Shown: in pieces, positions 1 through 8,290 of the stretch
Position numbering within the stretch: position 1 is the first letter of the stretch
Layout: the number at the start of each line of letters is the position of its first letter
From: a virus
Taxonomy: Duplodnaviria > Heunggongvirae > Uroviricota > Caudoviricetes
Virus record (IMG/VR): IMGVR_UViG_2660238580_000001
Span: 1-37,504 of that record
Length of the DNA: 37,504 nucleotides
Direction: 5' to 3' (one strand)
Position numbers and translations under genes: made by a program
The notes under the pieces: model-generated
What the model was told of the DNA's origin: nothing
Seen by the model: the letters and a program-made list of their open reading frames with translations, nothing else
Database searches by the model: none

Positions 1-1254
1 ATGCTGGAACAAATGGGCATTGCCGCGAAGCAAGCCTCGTATAAATTAGCGCAACTCTCCAGCCGCGAAAAAAATCGCGTGCTGGAAAAAATCGCCGATG
101 AACTGGAAGCACAAAGCGAAATCATCCTCAACGCTAACGCCCAGGATGTTGCTGACGCGCGAGCCAATGGCCTTAGCGAAGCGATGCTTGACCGTCTGGC
201 ACTGACGCCCGCACGGCTGAAAGGCATTGCCGACGATGTACGTCAGGTGTGCAACCTCGCCGATCCGGTGGGGCAGGTAATCGATGGCGGCGTACTGGAC
301 AGCGGCCTGCGTCTTGAGCGTCGTCGCGTACCGCTGGGGGTTATTGGCGTGATTTATGAAGCGCGCCCGAACGTGACGGTTGATGTCGCTTCGCTGTGCC
401 TGAAAACCGGTAATGCGGTGATCCTGCGCGGTGGCAAAGAAACGTGTCGCACTAACGCTGCAACGGTGGCGGTGATTCAGGACGCCCTGAAATCCTGCGG
501 CTTACCGGCGGGTGCCGTGCAGGCGATTGATAATCCTGACCGTGCGCTGGTCAGTGAAATGCTGCGTATGGATAAATACATCGACATGCTGATCCCGCGT
601 GGTGGCGCTGGTTTGCATAAACTGTGCCGTGAACAGTCGACAATCCCGGTGATCACAGGTGGTATAGGCGTATGCCATATTTACGTTGATGAAAGTGTAG
701 AGATCGCTGAAGCATTAAAAGTGATCGTCAACGCGAAAACTCAGCGTCCGAGCACATGTAATACGGTTGAAACGTTGCTGGTGAATAAAAACATCGCCGA
801 TAGCTTCCTGCCCGCATTAAGCAAACAAATGGCGGAAAGCGGCGTGACATTACACGCAGATGCAGCTGCACTGGCGCAGTTGCAGGCAGGCCCTGCGAAG
901 GTGGTTGCTGTTAAAGCCGAAGAGTATGACGATGAGTTTCTGTCATTAGATTTGAACGTCAAAATCGTCAGCGATCTTGACGATGCCATCGCCCATATTC
1001 GTGAACACGGCACACAACACTCCGATGCGATCCTGACCCGCGATATGCGCAACGCCCAGCGTTTTGTTAACGAAGTGGATTCGTCCGCTGTTTACGTTAA
1101 CGCCTCTACGCGTTTTACCGACGGCGGCCAGTTTGGTCTGGGTGCGGAAGTGGCGGTAAGCACACAAAAACTCCACGCGCGTGGCCCAATGGGGCTGGAA
1201 GCACTGACCACTTACAAGTGGATCGGCATTGGTGATTACACCATTCGTGCGTAA
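1..1254 (+). CDS. proA: gamma-glutamyl phosphate reductase (host core gene)
   Basis: Full 417-aa ORF from ATG at 1; translation matches my recollection of E. coli ProA end to end ([11 protein letters not shown] ... GDYTIRA); followed by thrW as in the E. coli chromosome. Confidence 0.96.
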
Positions 1255-1368
1255 ATAAAACCGGGTGATGCAAAAGTAGCCATTTGATTCACAAGGCCAT
1301 TGACGCATCGCCCGGTTAGTTTTAACCTTGTCCACCGTGATTCACGTTCGTGAACATGTCCTTTCAGG

Positions 1369-1444
1369 GCCGATATAGCTCAGTTGGTAGAGCAGCGCAT
1401 TCGTAATGCGAAGGTCGTAGGTTCGACTCCTATTATCGGCACCA
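1369..1444 (+). tRNA. thrW: tRNA-Thr (anticodon CGU)
   Basis: 76-nt sequence GCCGATATAGCTCAGTTGGTAGAGCAGCGCATTCGTAATGCG...GGTTCGACTCCTATTATCGGCACCA with D-loop, anticodon loop containing CGT, T-loop GGTTCGA and 3' CCA; sits just downstream of proA. Confidence 0.93.
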
Positions 1445-1458
1445 TTTAAATCAATAAG

Positions 1459-2622
1459 TTACACATCATTTGTACCTTCCTTATTTTTTGACTGGGACAA
1501 ATTTGGGACCGATGGGTTCAGGATCGAGTCTATTTGCCGTGCGTGTTCGGTAAGGTGATTAGGTGCAAGGTGAGCATATCGACGAACCATTTCGATAGAC
1601 TCCCAGCCTCCCATTTCCTGTAACACTGACAACGGGACTCCGGCTTGAACCAGCCAACTTGCCCAGGTGTGTCTCAAGTCGTGAAATCTGAAATCATCAA
1701 TACCAGCCCGTCTCAGCGCCGCTTTCCAGGCTGTGTTTGCGTCATACCGCATCTTCCTTACTGTTGGCGCTTTCGTTCCGTCTGGTTTGGTACAGCTTTC
1801 CTTGTACACAAATACCCAACGGTGATGATTCCCGATTTGTTTTTTCAATACGCGACATGCAGTATCATTCAGCGCAACGCCAATTGCGCGGTTTGATTTA
1901 CTCTCTTCCGGGTTTATCCATGCCACCCGGCGCTGCATATCTATTTGTTGCCATTCAAGGTTGATGATGTTCGAGCGTCTTAAGCCTGTTGCCAGTGCAA
2001 ATTCAACAACAGACTTTAATGGCTCCGGACATTCATCAATCAGCCTTTGTGCTTCATGGGGCTCCAGCCAGCGGATCCGTTTATTCTTTGGTTGAGGCAC
2101 TTTAATAATTGGTGCCTTATCCAGCATTTTCCATTCACGCTCTGCGGCTCTTAGTAGGGCCTTTATAAATGAAAGATGCGTAGCCTTCGTTGCAACGGAC
2201 GCTGGTTTTGGCGTGTATTCTGGAACAGGTTTCCCTTTTTTTCTGCATGCTTCTGCCCTGAGTTTCCAGTTTTCCTCATGACGCCGGTTCGTCATTTTCT
2301 GCATTGCTGAATAAATTTTTGATTCAGTAATGTCTCTTAGTTGCATTCCTGCGAAATGTTGAAGCCAGAATCCGATCCGGCTTTTGTCATCGTCCAGTGA
2401 TTTTTTATGTGCTTTCTCTTCAAGCCACCTGACACACGCTTCCTCGAACGTTATATCAGGTATTTCACCAAGTTTGCTGACCCGCCATGCTTCAGCCTTT
2501 AGCTTGTCATGGAGTTCTGTCGCCTGCCTTTTGTCCTTTGTTCCAAGAGACTGTTTAAATCTTTTACCGTTCGGCAATGTGAAACTGGCGTACCATATTT
2601 CACCTCTGCGGAAGAGTGACAT
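1459..2622 (-). CDS. int: Tyrosine site-specific integrase, P22-like
   Basis: 387-aa ORF; C-terminal catalytic region with HDLRHTWAS ... RYAHL motifs typical of tyrosine recombinases; resembles my recollection of phage P22 Int, which uses thrW as attB. Confidence 0.94.
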   Translation of the reverse strand: MSLFRRGEIWYASFTLPNGKRFKQSLGTKDKRQATELHDKLKAEAWRVSKLGEIPDITFEEACVRWLEEKAHKKSLDDDKSRIGFWLQHFAGMQLRDITESKIYSAMQKMTNRRHEENWKLRAEACRKKGKPVPEYTPKPASVATKATHLSFIKALLRAAEREWKMLDKAPIIKVPQPKNKRIRWLEPHEAQRLIDECPEPLKSVVEFALATGLRRSNIINLEWQQIDMQRRVAWINPEESKSNRAIGVALNDTACRVLKKQIGNHHRWVFVYKESCTKPDGTKAPTVRKMRYDANTAWKAALRRAGIDDFRFHDLRHTWASWLVQAGVPLSVLQEMGGWESIEMVRRYAHLAPNHLTEHARQIDSILNPSVPNLSQSKNKEGTNDV

Positions 2623-2849
2623 TTTCTTTCCTCTGTTATGCCATCACCCGCGCTCACCTGGACAGTATGCAGCGGAGACTGAAGAGCCGCAATGCAGGCT
2701 TGTCGTGTTGTGAGGTAAGGAGATTTATTCTTAGTGGGATCTTTGCGTGTTGCCTGAAGACGCCCTGTGCGTATCCAGTTAATGGCAGTCGGTCTGGATA
2801 TCTTGAGAAAATGACAGGCCTCATCGAGTGTGAGGCTGTATGGCTCCAT
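2499..2849 (-). CDS. xis: Excisionase (P22 Xis-like, 116 aa)
   Basis: Internal Met start [33 protein letters not shown] of the 144-aa ORF gives 116 aa; ATG overlaps the stop of the upstream gene; 3' end overlaps int start in another frame. Confidence 0.75.
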   Translation of the reverse strand: MEPYSLTLDEACHFLKISRPTAINWIRTGRLQATRKDPTKNKSPYLTTRQACIAALQSPLHTVQVSAGDGITEERKCHSSAEVKYGTPVSHCRTVKDLNSLLEQRTKGRRQNSMTS

Positions 2850-3154
2850 TATTTCACCTCTTGCTGTGAGATTTTTGAGAAATGGATACCAGCTCGTTGC
2901 TGCCAGACGATCCAACCGAGAGTCATATTCCATGCCATGTATTCGTTATCGCCGTTTTTTGCTCTCCGACGATCTACTAAGTCACCAAAACGCTTTTCCA
3001 TGAATAATTCATAAGCTTCGCGTTCATCTGGTTCTACTTCCAGAGATAGGAGTGCGATTTCATAAGCACGGCGCTCAATATCGTCTCGCACGTCAAGGCT
3101 GCTGATACGCTCTTTAATTTCTTTAATCAGTTCTTTGTCGGTAAAAGTGGTCAT
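2849..3154 (-). CDS. Hypothetical early-left operon protein (101 aa, acidic)
   Basis: ORF with start/stop overlaps to its neighbours (translational coupling); protein-like composition; no family recognised. Confidence 0.5.
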   Translation of the reverse strand: MTTFTDKELIKEIKERISSLDVRDDIERRAYEIALLSLEVEPDEREAYELFMEKRFGDLVDRRRAKNGDNEYMAWNMTLGWIVWQQRAGIHFSKISQQEVK

Positions 3155-3516
3155 TATGCTCCAGCCTCCGGTGCTTTTGGCATTACTGCCCAGTGAGTGA
3201 TATTGACGTTTTCAAGGTCCCCGACCTGAAATGTCCACTGCCATTCTCCGGTTTCTTTTTGTCCCCAGGTGTACCAGAGAGAACGCCAGCCAATTAGCCA
3301 GCCTTCTCCGTTAGCATCGAATAACAAAACACTTTCATTTGCTGGTGGCAGTTCAGTTGACACTGGTATTACTTTGTTTTCCTGTGCTGCACATTTAGCT
3401 TCAAGCGCATCGAATTTACGCACTAGGTATTCAGCATCCGTTTCATTCACTTTCAGATCTCGCGGTACACATCTCCCACGAAGAAACCCTTCCATTTCGA
3501 AAACATTCATGCGCAT
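3154..3516 (-). CDS. Hypothetical phage protein with Trp-rich C-terminal region (possibly DUF551-like)
   Basis: 120-aa ORF, coupled to neighbours; C-terminal GWRSLWYTWGQKETGEWQW is reminiscent of small prophage proteins; family assignment uncertain. Confidence 0.5.
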   Translation of the reverse strand: MRMNVFEMEGFLRGRCVPRDLKVNETDAEYLVRKFDALEAKCAAQENKVIPVSTELPPANESVLLFDANGEGWLIGWRSLWYTWGQKETGEWQWTFQVGDLENVNITHWAVMPKAPEAGA

Positions 3517-4043
3517 TTGCGTAACTCCGATAATTCGTTAAAGCGTTCCATAAACATCCCGTAGGCATGGCCTGGAGCCAGTGGAATCACGTTGAACATC
3601 TCTGTTGCCGGGATACCTTCCAGCACAGGCCAGAAAGAGCCATCATCAAGCCCGAGATCGCGGCGTTCGGTTGCCAGCATAATGAGATCGGCATATTTCA
3701 CTGGCGTGCTCATAACAGGAGGTAACCCGTATTTCTCACGGATTACGGCGTCTATTTTTTCTTCCATCCGTTTATAGTCAGGAAGAAGTCGTTTCAGTGG
3801 TGCGGGGATGTCCTGGCAATATGCTTCTGTTGCATCATGCATTAAAGCTTCAAAAGCAAATTCCTGCGGCACCAGCTGGCTGCAAAGCACCGCATGTTGG
3901 GCGACGCTGTAGAAGTGAGAAAGATGACCGGCAAAGCGGCAGATATTTGAAAGGGAAACCGCGATATCGTTAATAACGATGTCGTCTTTATTTATCTTGT
4001 CATAATAAAAATGCTTCCCGGAAAAAGTTTTAATAAATGACAT
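3507..4043 (-). CDS. HD-domain phosphohydrolase
   Basis: Internal ATG at 4043..4041 preceded by GGAG; H...HD metal-binding signature (NICRFAGH, LMHDATEAY). Confidence 0.7.
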   Translation of the reverse strand: MSFIKTFSGKHFYYDKINKDDIVINDIAVSLSNICRFAGHLSHFYSVAQHAVLCSQLVPQEFAFEALMHDATEAYCQDIPAPLKRLLPDYKRMEEKIDAVIREKYGLPPVMSTPVKYADLIMLATERRDLGLDDGSFWPVLEGIPATEMFNVIPLAPGHAYGMFMERFNELSELRKCA

Positions 4044-4106
4044 TTCGTTCTCCACTTTATATGCGCTGCACCGCGCTGAATTTTGGGAAAAGGAAGCCCT
4101 CACCAT

Positions 4107-4588
4107 CCGGCGATTATTGAGTCAATTACGTTTCAATAGATGCCCCCGCAGGGGCGGTTAGTTTCTCCACAAAACAGAGAAGAACACCTGCGGTGGCAGC
4201 CGCCCGGATGGATTGGGTTATGAGCCCGTCGTCCGGTGATGCTCTTCTCTGTTTTGTAAAAAGGACGGTACCAGCCGGAAGCAAGGGTACAAACTGGTAC
4301 CGCCAGGACTACACACAGCATAAAGTTGTGGTGCCGGGTGCCTCCCGGTGCCTGGCGAAGGTTGCACACCAGGCGGGTGGGTATCCACAGAAGGTCGACT
4401 GTCAGCCTCAACCTTAACCCGCGTGCGCTGAGCCGCATTCACCACAACGCTAAGGATTCTCTCTGGTTGAAAATACTTAGCTGTTATGTGCCTGCTTTTA
4501 GCCACATCAGGCGAGGTGGACCTGGTTATTCCCCAACAACAAGGATTCGGTTAATCTGGTTATCCCCAACAACGCAAAAGGAAAAGAA
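4107..4588. other. GC-rich, highly structured non-coding island (candidate structured RNA or regulatory region)
   Basis: No credible ORF; 15-bp perfect inverted repeat ACAAAACAGAGAAGA (4169-4183 / 4243-4257) around a 59-nt GC-rich loop; further hairpins (GGTACCAG/CTGGTACC at 4267-4274/4294-4301; GCCCC-CGCA-GGGGC at about 4142-4155). Confidence 0.35.
4522..4573 (+). repeat. Two direct repeats CTGGTTAT(T)CCCCAACAAC just upstream of the 4589 ORF
   Basis: Copies at 4522-4540 and 4556-4573, spaced 34 bp, ending 15 nt before the ATG; second copy contains TTATCCCCA (one mismatch to a DnaA box, TTATCCACA). Confidence 0.35.
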
Positions 4589-5023
4589 ATGTCCGGTAAT
4601 ATCTACACGCTGTACAAATCCCACTGTGAAAATGTTGGAAAGTATCGGGGCATTGAAATCAGTGGGGTAGTGTCATCAGTCGAAATAAGCAAAGTCGAAT
4701 CAAGGGCAACATTACTTACTCTTCTGGACCTTGTCTTACATGAGCACCGGAAGAAATTCGGCACTCCCTATAATCAGTTGAATGGGAAAAAGGCTCTGGT
4801 TCACCTTATTCTGATGAAGCATCACTGGATGCCAAAACAGATTAATGAGATGAAATTTGATGAACTTCTTCTTTCAATTCAGGATGAACTCACACTTGAT
4901 AAAATAAGCGTAACCGCCCAGAAATTTTTAGATTATCGAGACTGGAGATCACAAATTCATCACTTTGATGATTTTGACGAAAATGAATGGGATCCTAATT
5001 TGTCTGCACAATATCTAAAGTAA
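4589..5023 (+). CDS. Hypothetical protein (144 aa), AT-rich moron-like gene opposite in orientation to the early-left operon
   Basis: ATG at 4589 preceded by AAGGAAAAG; long ORF in AT-rich DNA; a plus-strand intrinsic terminator lies downstream at 5261-5284. Confidence 0.6.
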   Translation: MSGNIYTLYKSHCENVGKYRGIEISGVVSSVEISKVESRATLLTLLDLVLHEHRKKFGTPYNQLNGKKALVHLILMKHHWMPKQINEMKFDELLLSIQDELTLDKISVTAQKFLDYRDWRSQIHHFDDFDENEWDPNLSAQYLK

Positions 5024-5201
5024 CATCCTGTGATAAAACCGTGATTTCCTGATCCAGTTTTTTTAAGGAGTCTATTATTTCCTGTCGATAAGACAGCACT
5101 TCACGAAGCTGGTTTATAGCTGCCAGCTTCTTTGCCATCCACTCGTAAATTTCCTCATTTGTGTATCCGGGCGCGACGATTTTGGGTTCTGTTTTGTGCA
5201 T
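4995..5201 (-). CDS. Hypothetical small protein (68 aa), first gene downstream of PL-like promoter
   Basis: ATG at 5201..5199 preceded by GAGGAGG at optimal spacing; track ORF 4995..5216 trimmed to this start. Confidence 0.55.
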   Translation of the reverse strand: MHKTEPKIVAPGYTNEEIYEWMAKKLAAINQLREVLSYRQEIIDSLKKLDQEITVLSQDVTLDIVQTN

Positions 5202-5260
5202 TTCACACCTCCTCAAGTTATCAGTTACTTGTTGATGGGGACCAGATTGTTAAAGAGCTA

Positions 5261-5284
5261 AGCGTCCTGTAGGGCGCTTTTTTG
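5261..5284 (+). terminator. Intrinsic terminator (plus-strand specific)
   Basis: AGCGTCCT-gt-AGGGCGCT hairpin followed by TTTTTT; the reverse complement lacks a U-tract. Confidence 0.55.
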
Positions 5285-5359
5285 TTGCTAACGAATCATC
5301 CTGGACTTCATATGCCCCAGGCGGCTACTTCGTGGGCGTTCTGCCTGTTTGTTGTTTCT

Positions 5360-5400
5360 CTTGGGTACATTATGTATCTCAAGGGTACATTGTCAAGTAT
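5360..5400 (-). promoter_or_regulatory. PL-like promoter with OL-type operator repeats
   Basis: On minus strand: -35 TTGACA (5396..5391), 16-bp spacer, -10 CATAAT (5374..5369); two ATGTACCC repeats overlap it, sharing the TGTAC half-site with the cI/cro operators. Confidence 0.5.
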
Positions 5401-5435
5401 AAAAAAACCTGCCGAAGCAGGTTCATAAACATTGA

Positions 5436-6110
5436 TTAGGCTTTGATTTTGTATCTTCTTGGTTTTCCTGAGAAAATCACAGTTCCAATTATAGAGCAAT
5501 TACCGTTGATCTTAATGTAAGGCTCAGGCCAGTTTGGGTTTAACGCTTTGAGATAACGCTGTGTCCCATCTTCTATCAACCTTTTGAAGGTGGTTTCACC
5601 TGTATCGTGCATCAATGCAATAACGTCGTCACCGTGGCAGGCAGGTACTTCAGGATCGACAAAAATCATGTCTCCCGGGCGGTACTCATCAATCATTGAA
5701 TCACCTATCACCCGCAAGATATAAGTCATTTCCCCACAGGGTACAGGGCAGGGATACGTTTCTGCTGTGCTCAAATCAACCTCAGAATATCCAACTTCTT
5801 TCCATGCTCCGGCCTGTACCCATGATATGACAGGGACTAATGTGATTTGTTTATTAGTGATTGAAACATCAGGTTTTTTTGTGATGTTCGTTGTCTGGTG
5901 TTCTTGATCGAGCCATCCGACAGGCAGGTCGAAACATTTTTCGATGTGTCGTGCCATGCTGTCACCGATATTTTTAGTAGCACCATCTCCCATAAACCTG
6001 CTGGTCTGGGTTGGCTCGCGATCAATCATAGTGGCAAAGGAAGAATTCCCGCCAACACCATCTCTCAGTTTTCTGGCGTTAGACCGCCGGATGTCATGGA
6101 TTGTTTTCAT
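5436..6110 (-). CDS. cI-like prophage repressor (HTH plus LexA/S24-type autocleavage domain)
   Basis: 224 aa; N-terminal HTH region and C-terminal S24 peptidase-like domain (GDSM serine motif, conserved Lys near C-terminus); ATG at 6110 has no SD and lies 15 bp from an operator, suggesting a leaderless mRNA as for lambda cI. Confidence 0.88.
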   Translation of the reverse strand: MKTIHDIRRSNARKLRDGVGGNSSFATMIDREPTQTSRFMGDGATKNIGDSMARHIEKCFDLPVGWLDQEHQTTNITKKPDVSITNKQITLVPVISWVQAGAWKEVGYSEVDLSTAETYPCPVPCGEMTYILRVIGDSMIDEYRPGDMIFVDPEVPACHGDDVIALMHDTGETTFKRLIEDGTQRYLKALNPNWPEPYIKINGNCSIIGTVIFSGKPRRYKIKA

Positions 6111-6124
6111 AACGAAATTAAAAC

Positions 6125-6196
6125 CCTTGTACCGTTAAGGTACAAGTATCTTGAAGGTTCATTTCAATCATGTAATATGTACACTGGAGGTACATA
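6125..6196. promoter_or_regulatory. OR-type operator/promoter region between cI and cro
   Basis: Palindrome CTTGTACC-GTTAA-GGTACAAG (6125-6145) and ATGTAC-N7-GTACAT (6176-6194); rightward promoter TTGAAG (6150-6155)-N16-TAATAT (6172-6177). Confidence 0.6.
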
Positions 6197-6200
6197 TCGT

Positions 6201-6401
6201 ATGAAAGCGTATTGGGACTCTTTAACCAAAGAACAGCAGGGCGAGTTGGCCGGAAAAGTTGGCTCAACACCTGGCTACTTACGGCTGGTTTTCAATGGCT
6301 ATAAAAAAGCCAGTTTTGTGCTGGCTAAAAAACTTGAGCAATGCACGTCAGGTGCAATTACGAAATCTGACTTAAGACCGGATATCTATCCGAAAGATTA
6401 G
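6201..6401 (+). CDS. cro: Cro-like HTH regulator (66 aa)
   Basis: ATG at 6201 preceded by GGAGG (6186-6190); small basic HTH protein MKAYWDSLTKEQQGELAGKVGSTPGYLRLVFNG; divergent from the repressor. Confidence 0.8.
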   Translation: MKAYWDSLTKEQQGELAGKVGSTPGYLRLVFNGYKKASFVLAKKLEQCTSGAITKSDLRPDIYPKD

Positions 6402-6432
6402 CAGAACACTTTCAATTTTTAACCACAGAACG

Positions 6433-7002
6433 ATGAGGCTAATCGTGGGTAAGCATCACTGGAAAATAGAAAAACAGCCTGAGTGGTACGTGAAAGCTGT
6501 CAGAAAAACTATCGCGGCGTTGCCGGGTGGTTACGCTGAAGCGGCTGACTGGCTCGATGTAACAGAAAACGCTTTATTCAACCGCCTTCGTGCAGATGGC
6601 GATCAGATTTTCCCGCTGGGATGGGCAATGGTTTTACAGCGTGCTGGTGGCACTCACTTCATTGCTGATGCTGTGGCGCAGTCTGCAAATGGCGTCTTTG
6701 TGTCTCTTCCTGACGTCGAGGATGTGGACAACGCCGATATTAACCAGCGTCTGCTGGAAGTCATTGAACAGATCGGCAGTTATTCAAAACAGATTCGTTC
6801 AGCAATCGAAGACGGTGTAGTGGAACCGCATGAGAAGACAGCAATTAACGACGAGCTGTATCTCTCAATTTCGAAGCTGCAGGAGCATGCAGCACTTGTC
6901 TACAAAATTTTTTGCATTTCAGAAAGTAATGACGCCCGCGAGTGTGCAGCTCCGGGCGTCGTGGCGTCGATTGCTTCTGGTTGTGGAGAAACTAACGCAT
7001 GA
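6433..7002 (+). CDS. cII-like regulatory protein (YdaT / CP76-type)
   Basis: 189-aa ORF immediately after cro, the usual cII position; resembles YdaT-like prophage proteins from memory; family not confirmed. Confidence 0.5.
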   Translation: MRLIVGKHHWKIEKQPEWYVKAVRKTIAALPGGYAEAADWLDVTENALFNRLRADGDQIFPLGWAMVLQRAGGTHFIADAVAQSANGVFVSLPDVEDVDNADINQRLLEVIEQIGSYSKQIRSAIEDGVVEPHEKTAINDELYLSISKLQEHAALVYKIFCISESNDARECAAPGVVASIASGCGETNA

Positions 7003-7337
7003 ACAGTTTAACAACACACTACCGTCGCTCGCAACTGATTGCGCTTCCTGTACCGGGTGGAAAAGCGAAGGTGGAATATTGCTATGCAGTGAATGTACCA
7101 GGTGACAGGGAAATTGTAACCCACAGCTTTGCAGAGTGGGCTGTGGGTGATTTCAACCGGCAGAAGGAGACAGTCCTTTGCGACAAGTTAACCGCTGGTT
7201 CAAAGATCACTACGGAGTACCCGTCAGAGTCATTCGTTGGGAGCCGGAAACACAACGGGTTATCTACCTCCGCGAAGGCTATGAGCATGAGTGCTTCAGC
7301 CCGCTCGAACAGTTTCGTCGTAAATTCAGGGAAATAG
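6999..7337 (+). CDS. Hypothetical protein; reading frame ambiguous (possible frameshift or two overlapping small genes)
   Basis: ATG at 6999 with GGAGA RBS; protein-like to about 7195, then serine-rich; an alternative frame (TTG 7178 after AAGGAGA, to stop at 7357) reads [40 protein letters not shown] and looks more protein-like. Confidence 0.35.
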   Translation: MNSLTTHYRRSQLIALPVPGGKAKVEYCYAVNVPGDREIVTHSFAEWAVGDFNRQKETVLCDKLTAGSKITTEYPSESFVGSRKHNGLSTSAKAMSMSASARSNSFVVNSGK

Positions 7338-7346
7338 AGGTCGGTC

Positions 7347-8288
7347 ATGAGCACTAAATTAACCGGCTATGTATGGGATGGTTGCGCTGCGTCAGGCATG
7401 AAGTTATCCAGCGTGGCAATTATGGCCCGCCTGGCTGATTTCAGTAATGACGAAGGTGTGTGCTGGCCATCAATTGAAACCATTGCCCGCCAGATTGGCG
7501 CGGGGATGAGTACCGTCAGAACGGCTATCGCACGGCTGGAAGCAGAAGGCTGGTTAACGCGTAAGGCGCGTCGCCAGGGTAACCGCAATGCGTCGAATGT
7601 TTATCAGCTTAACGTTGCGAAGCTTCAGGCAGCGGCATTTTCTCAACTGTCAGATTCTGACCCGTCAAAATCTGACGCATCAAAATCTGACCCGTCAAAA
7701 TTTGATGCGTCGAAATCTGGCAAAAAAGCGGGTTTTCACCCGTCAGAATCTGGCGGGGATCCGTCAGTAAAATCAAAACATGATCCGTCAGATAAAAAAA
7801 CTTCTCGTCCGGACGCTTCGCAACCGGACATGAAGAAGGATGAACAGGATTTTTTAACTCGTCATCCTGATGCGGTTGTATTCAGCTCTAAAAAGCGCCA
7901 GTGGGGAACGCAGGATGATTTGACCTGCGCACAGTGGCTCTGGAAAAAAATCATCGCCCTGTACGAGCAGGCCGCCGAATGTGACGGCGAGGTGGTTCGT
8001 CCCAAAGAACCTAACTGGACAGCCTGGGCAAACGAAATTCGCCTGATGTGTGTGCAGGATGGTCGTACTCACAAACAAATCTGCGAGATGTACAGCCGCG
8101 TCAGCCGCGATCCGTTCTGGTGCCGTAACGTGCTCAGCCCGTCGAAGTTGCGGGAAAAATGGGATGAGCTTTCCCTGCGCTTATCGCCGTCCGTCAGCAC
8201 GCACACAGAAAAACGTGAAGACCCGTACTTCAAAGCCAGTTACGACAACGTGGACTACAGCCAGATCCCGGCAGGATTCAGGGGGTGA
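7347..8288 (+). CDS. Replication initiation protein (N-terminal HTH domain, iteron-encoded linker, C-terminal domain)
   Basis: 313 aa; N-terminal HTH-like region; central low-complexity linker SDSDPSKSDASKSDPSKFDASKSG encoded by DNA iterons, as in lambda O-type initiators. Confidence 0.78.
   Translation: MSTKLTGYVWDGCAASGMKLSSVAIMARLADFSNDEGVCWPSIETIARQIGAGMSTVRTAIARLEAEGWLTRKARRQGNRNASNVYQLNVAKLQAAAFSQLSDSDPSKSDASKSDPSKFDASKSGKKAGFHPSESGGDPSVKSKHDPSDKKTSRPDASQPDMKKDEQDFLTRHPDAVVFSSKKRQWGTQDDLTCAQWLWKKIIALYEQAAECDGEVVRPKEPNWTAWANEIRLMCVQDGRTHKQICEMYSRVSRDPFWCRNVLSPSKLREKWDELSLRLSPSVSTHTEKREDPYFKASYDNVDYSQIPAGFRG
7655..7800. repeat. Iteron array (candidate replication origin) inside the initiator gene
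   Basis: At least five copies of CCGTCA(A/G)AATCTG(A/G)-like repeats, followed by an A-rich stretch (GATAAAAAAA). Confidence 0.6.
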
Positions 8289-8290
8289 TC

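Noticed and set aside
1255-1368. Terminator downstream of proA (imperfect inverted repeat ACCGGGTGATGC ... GCATCGCCCGGT)
   Set aside because: Arms are separated by about 30 nt with a mismatch and no clean U-tract; too weak to call.
1645-1964. Plus-strand ORFs 1645..1896 and 1737..1964 inside the integrase gene
   Set aside because: Antisense to a well-supported integrase CDS; no RBS; typical spurious antisense ORFs.
4107-4588. Retron (msr/msd) interpretation of the structured GC-rich island
   Set aside because: Retron ncRNAs are always adjacent to a reverse transcriptase gene; the neighbours here are an HD hydrolase and a 144-aa protein with no RT motifs. Kept only as a generic structured-RNA candidate.
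4133-4670. Track ORFs 4133..4438 (-), 4193..4417 (+), 4218..4505 (-), 4326..4670 (+) as genes
   Set aside because: Mutually overlapping ORFs in a GC-rich structured region, Arg/Pro-rich products, no RBS-supported starts; consistent with chance ORFs.
4522-5023. Type III toxin-antitoxin (repeat RNA antitoxin plus ToxN-like toxin)
   Set aside because: Only two imperfect repeat copies, no terminator between repeats and ORF, and the 144-aa protein shows no ToxN-like features I can recognise.
5080-5100. LexA SOS box at CTGTCGATAAGACAG
   Set aside because: Spacing is CTGT-N7-ACAG rather than the canonical CTGT-N8-ACAG and it lies inside a coding region; likely fortuitous.
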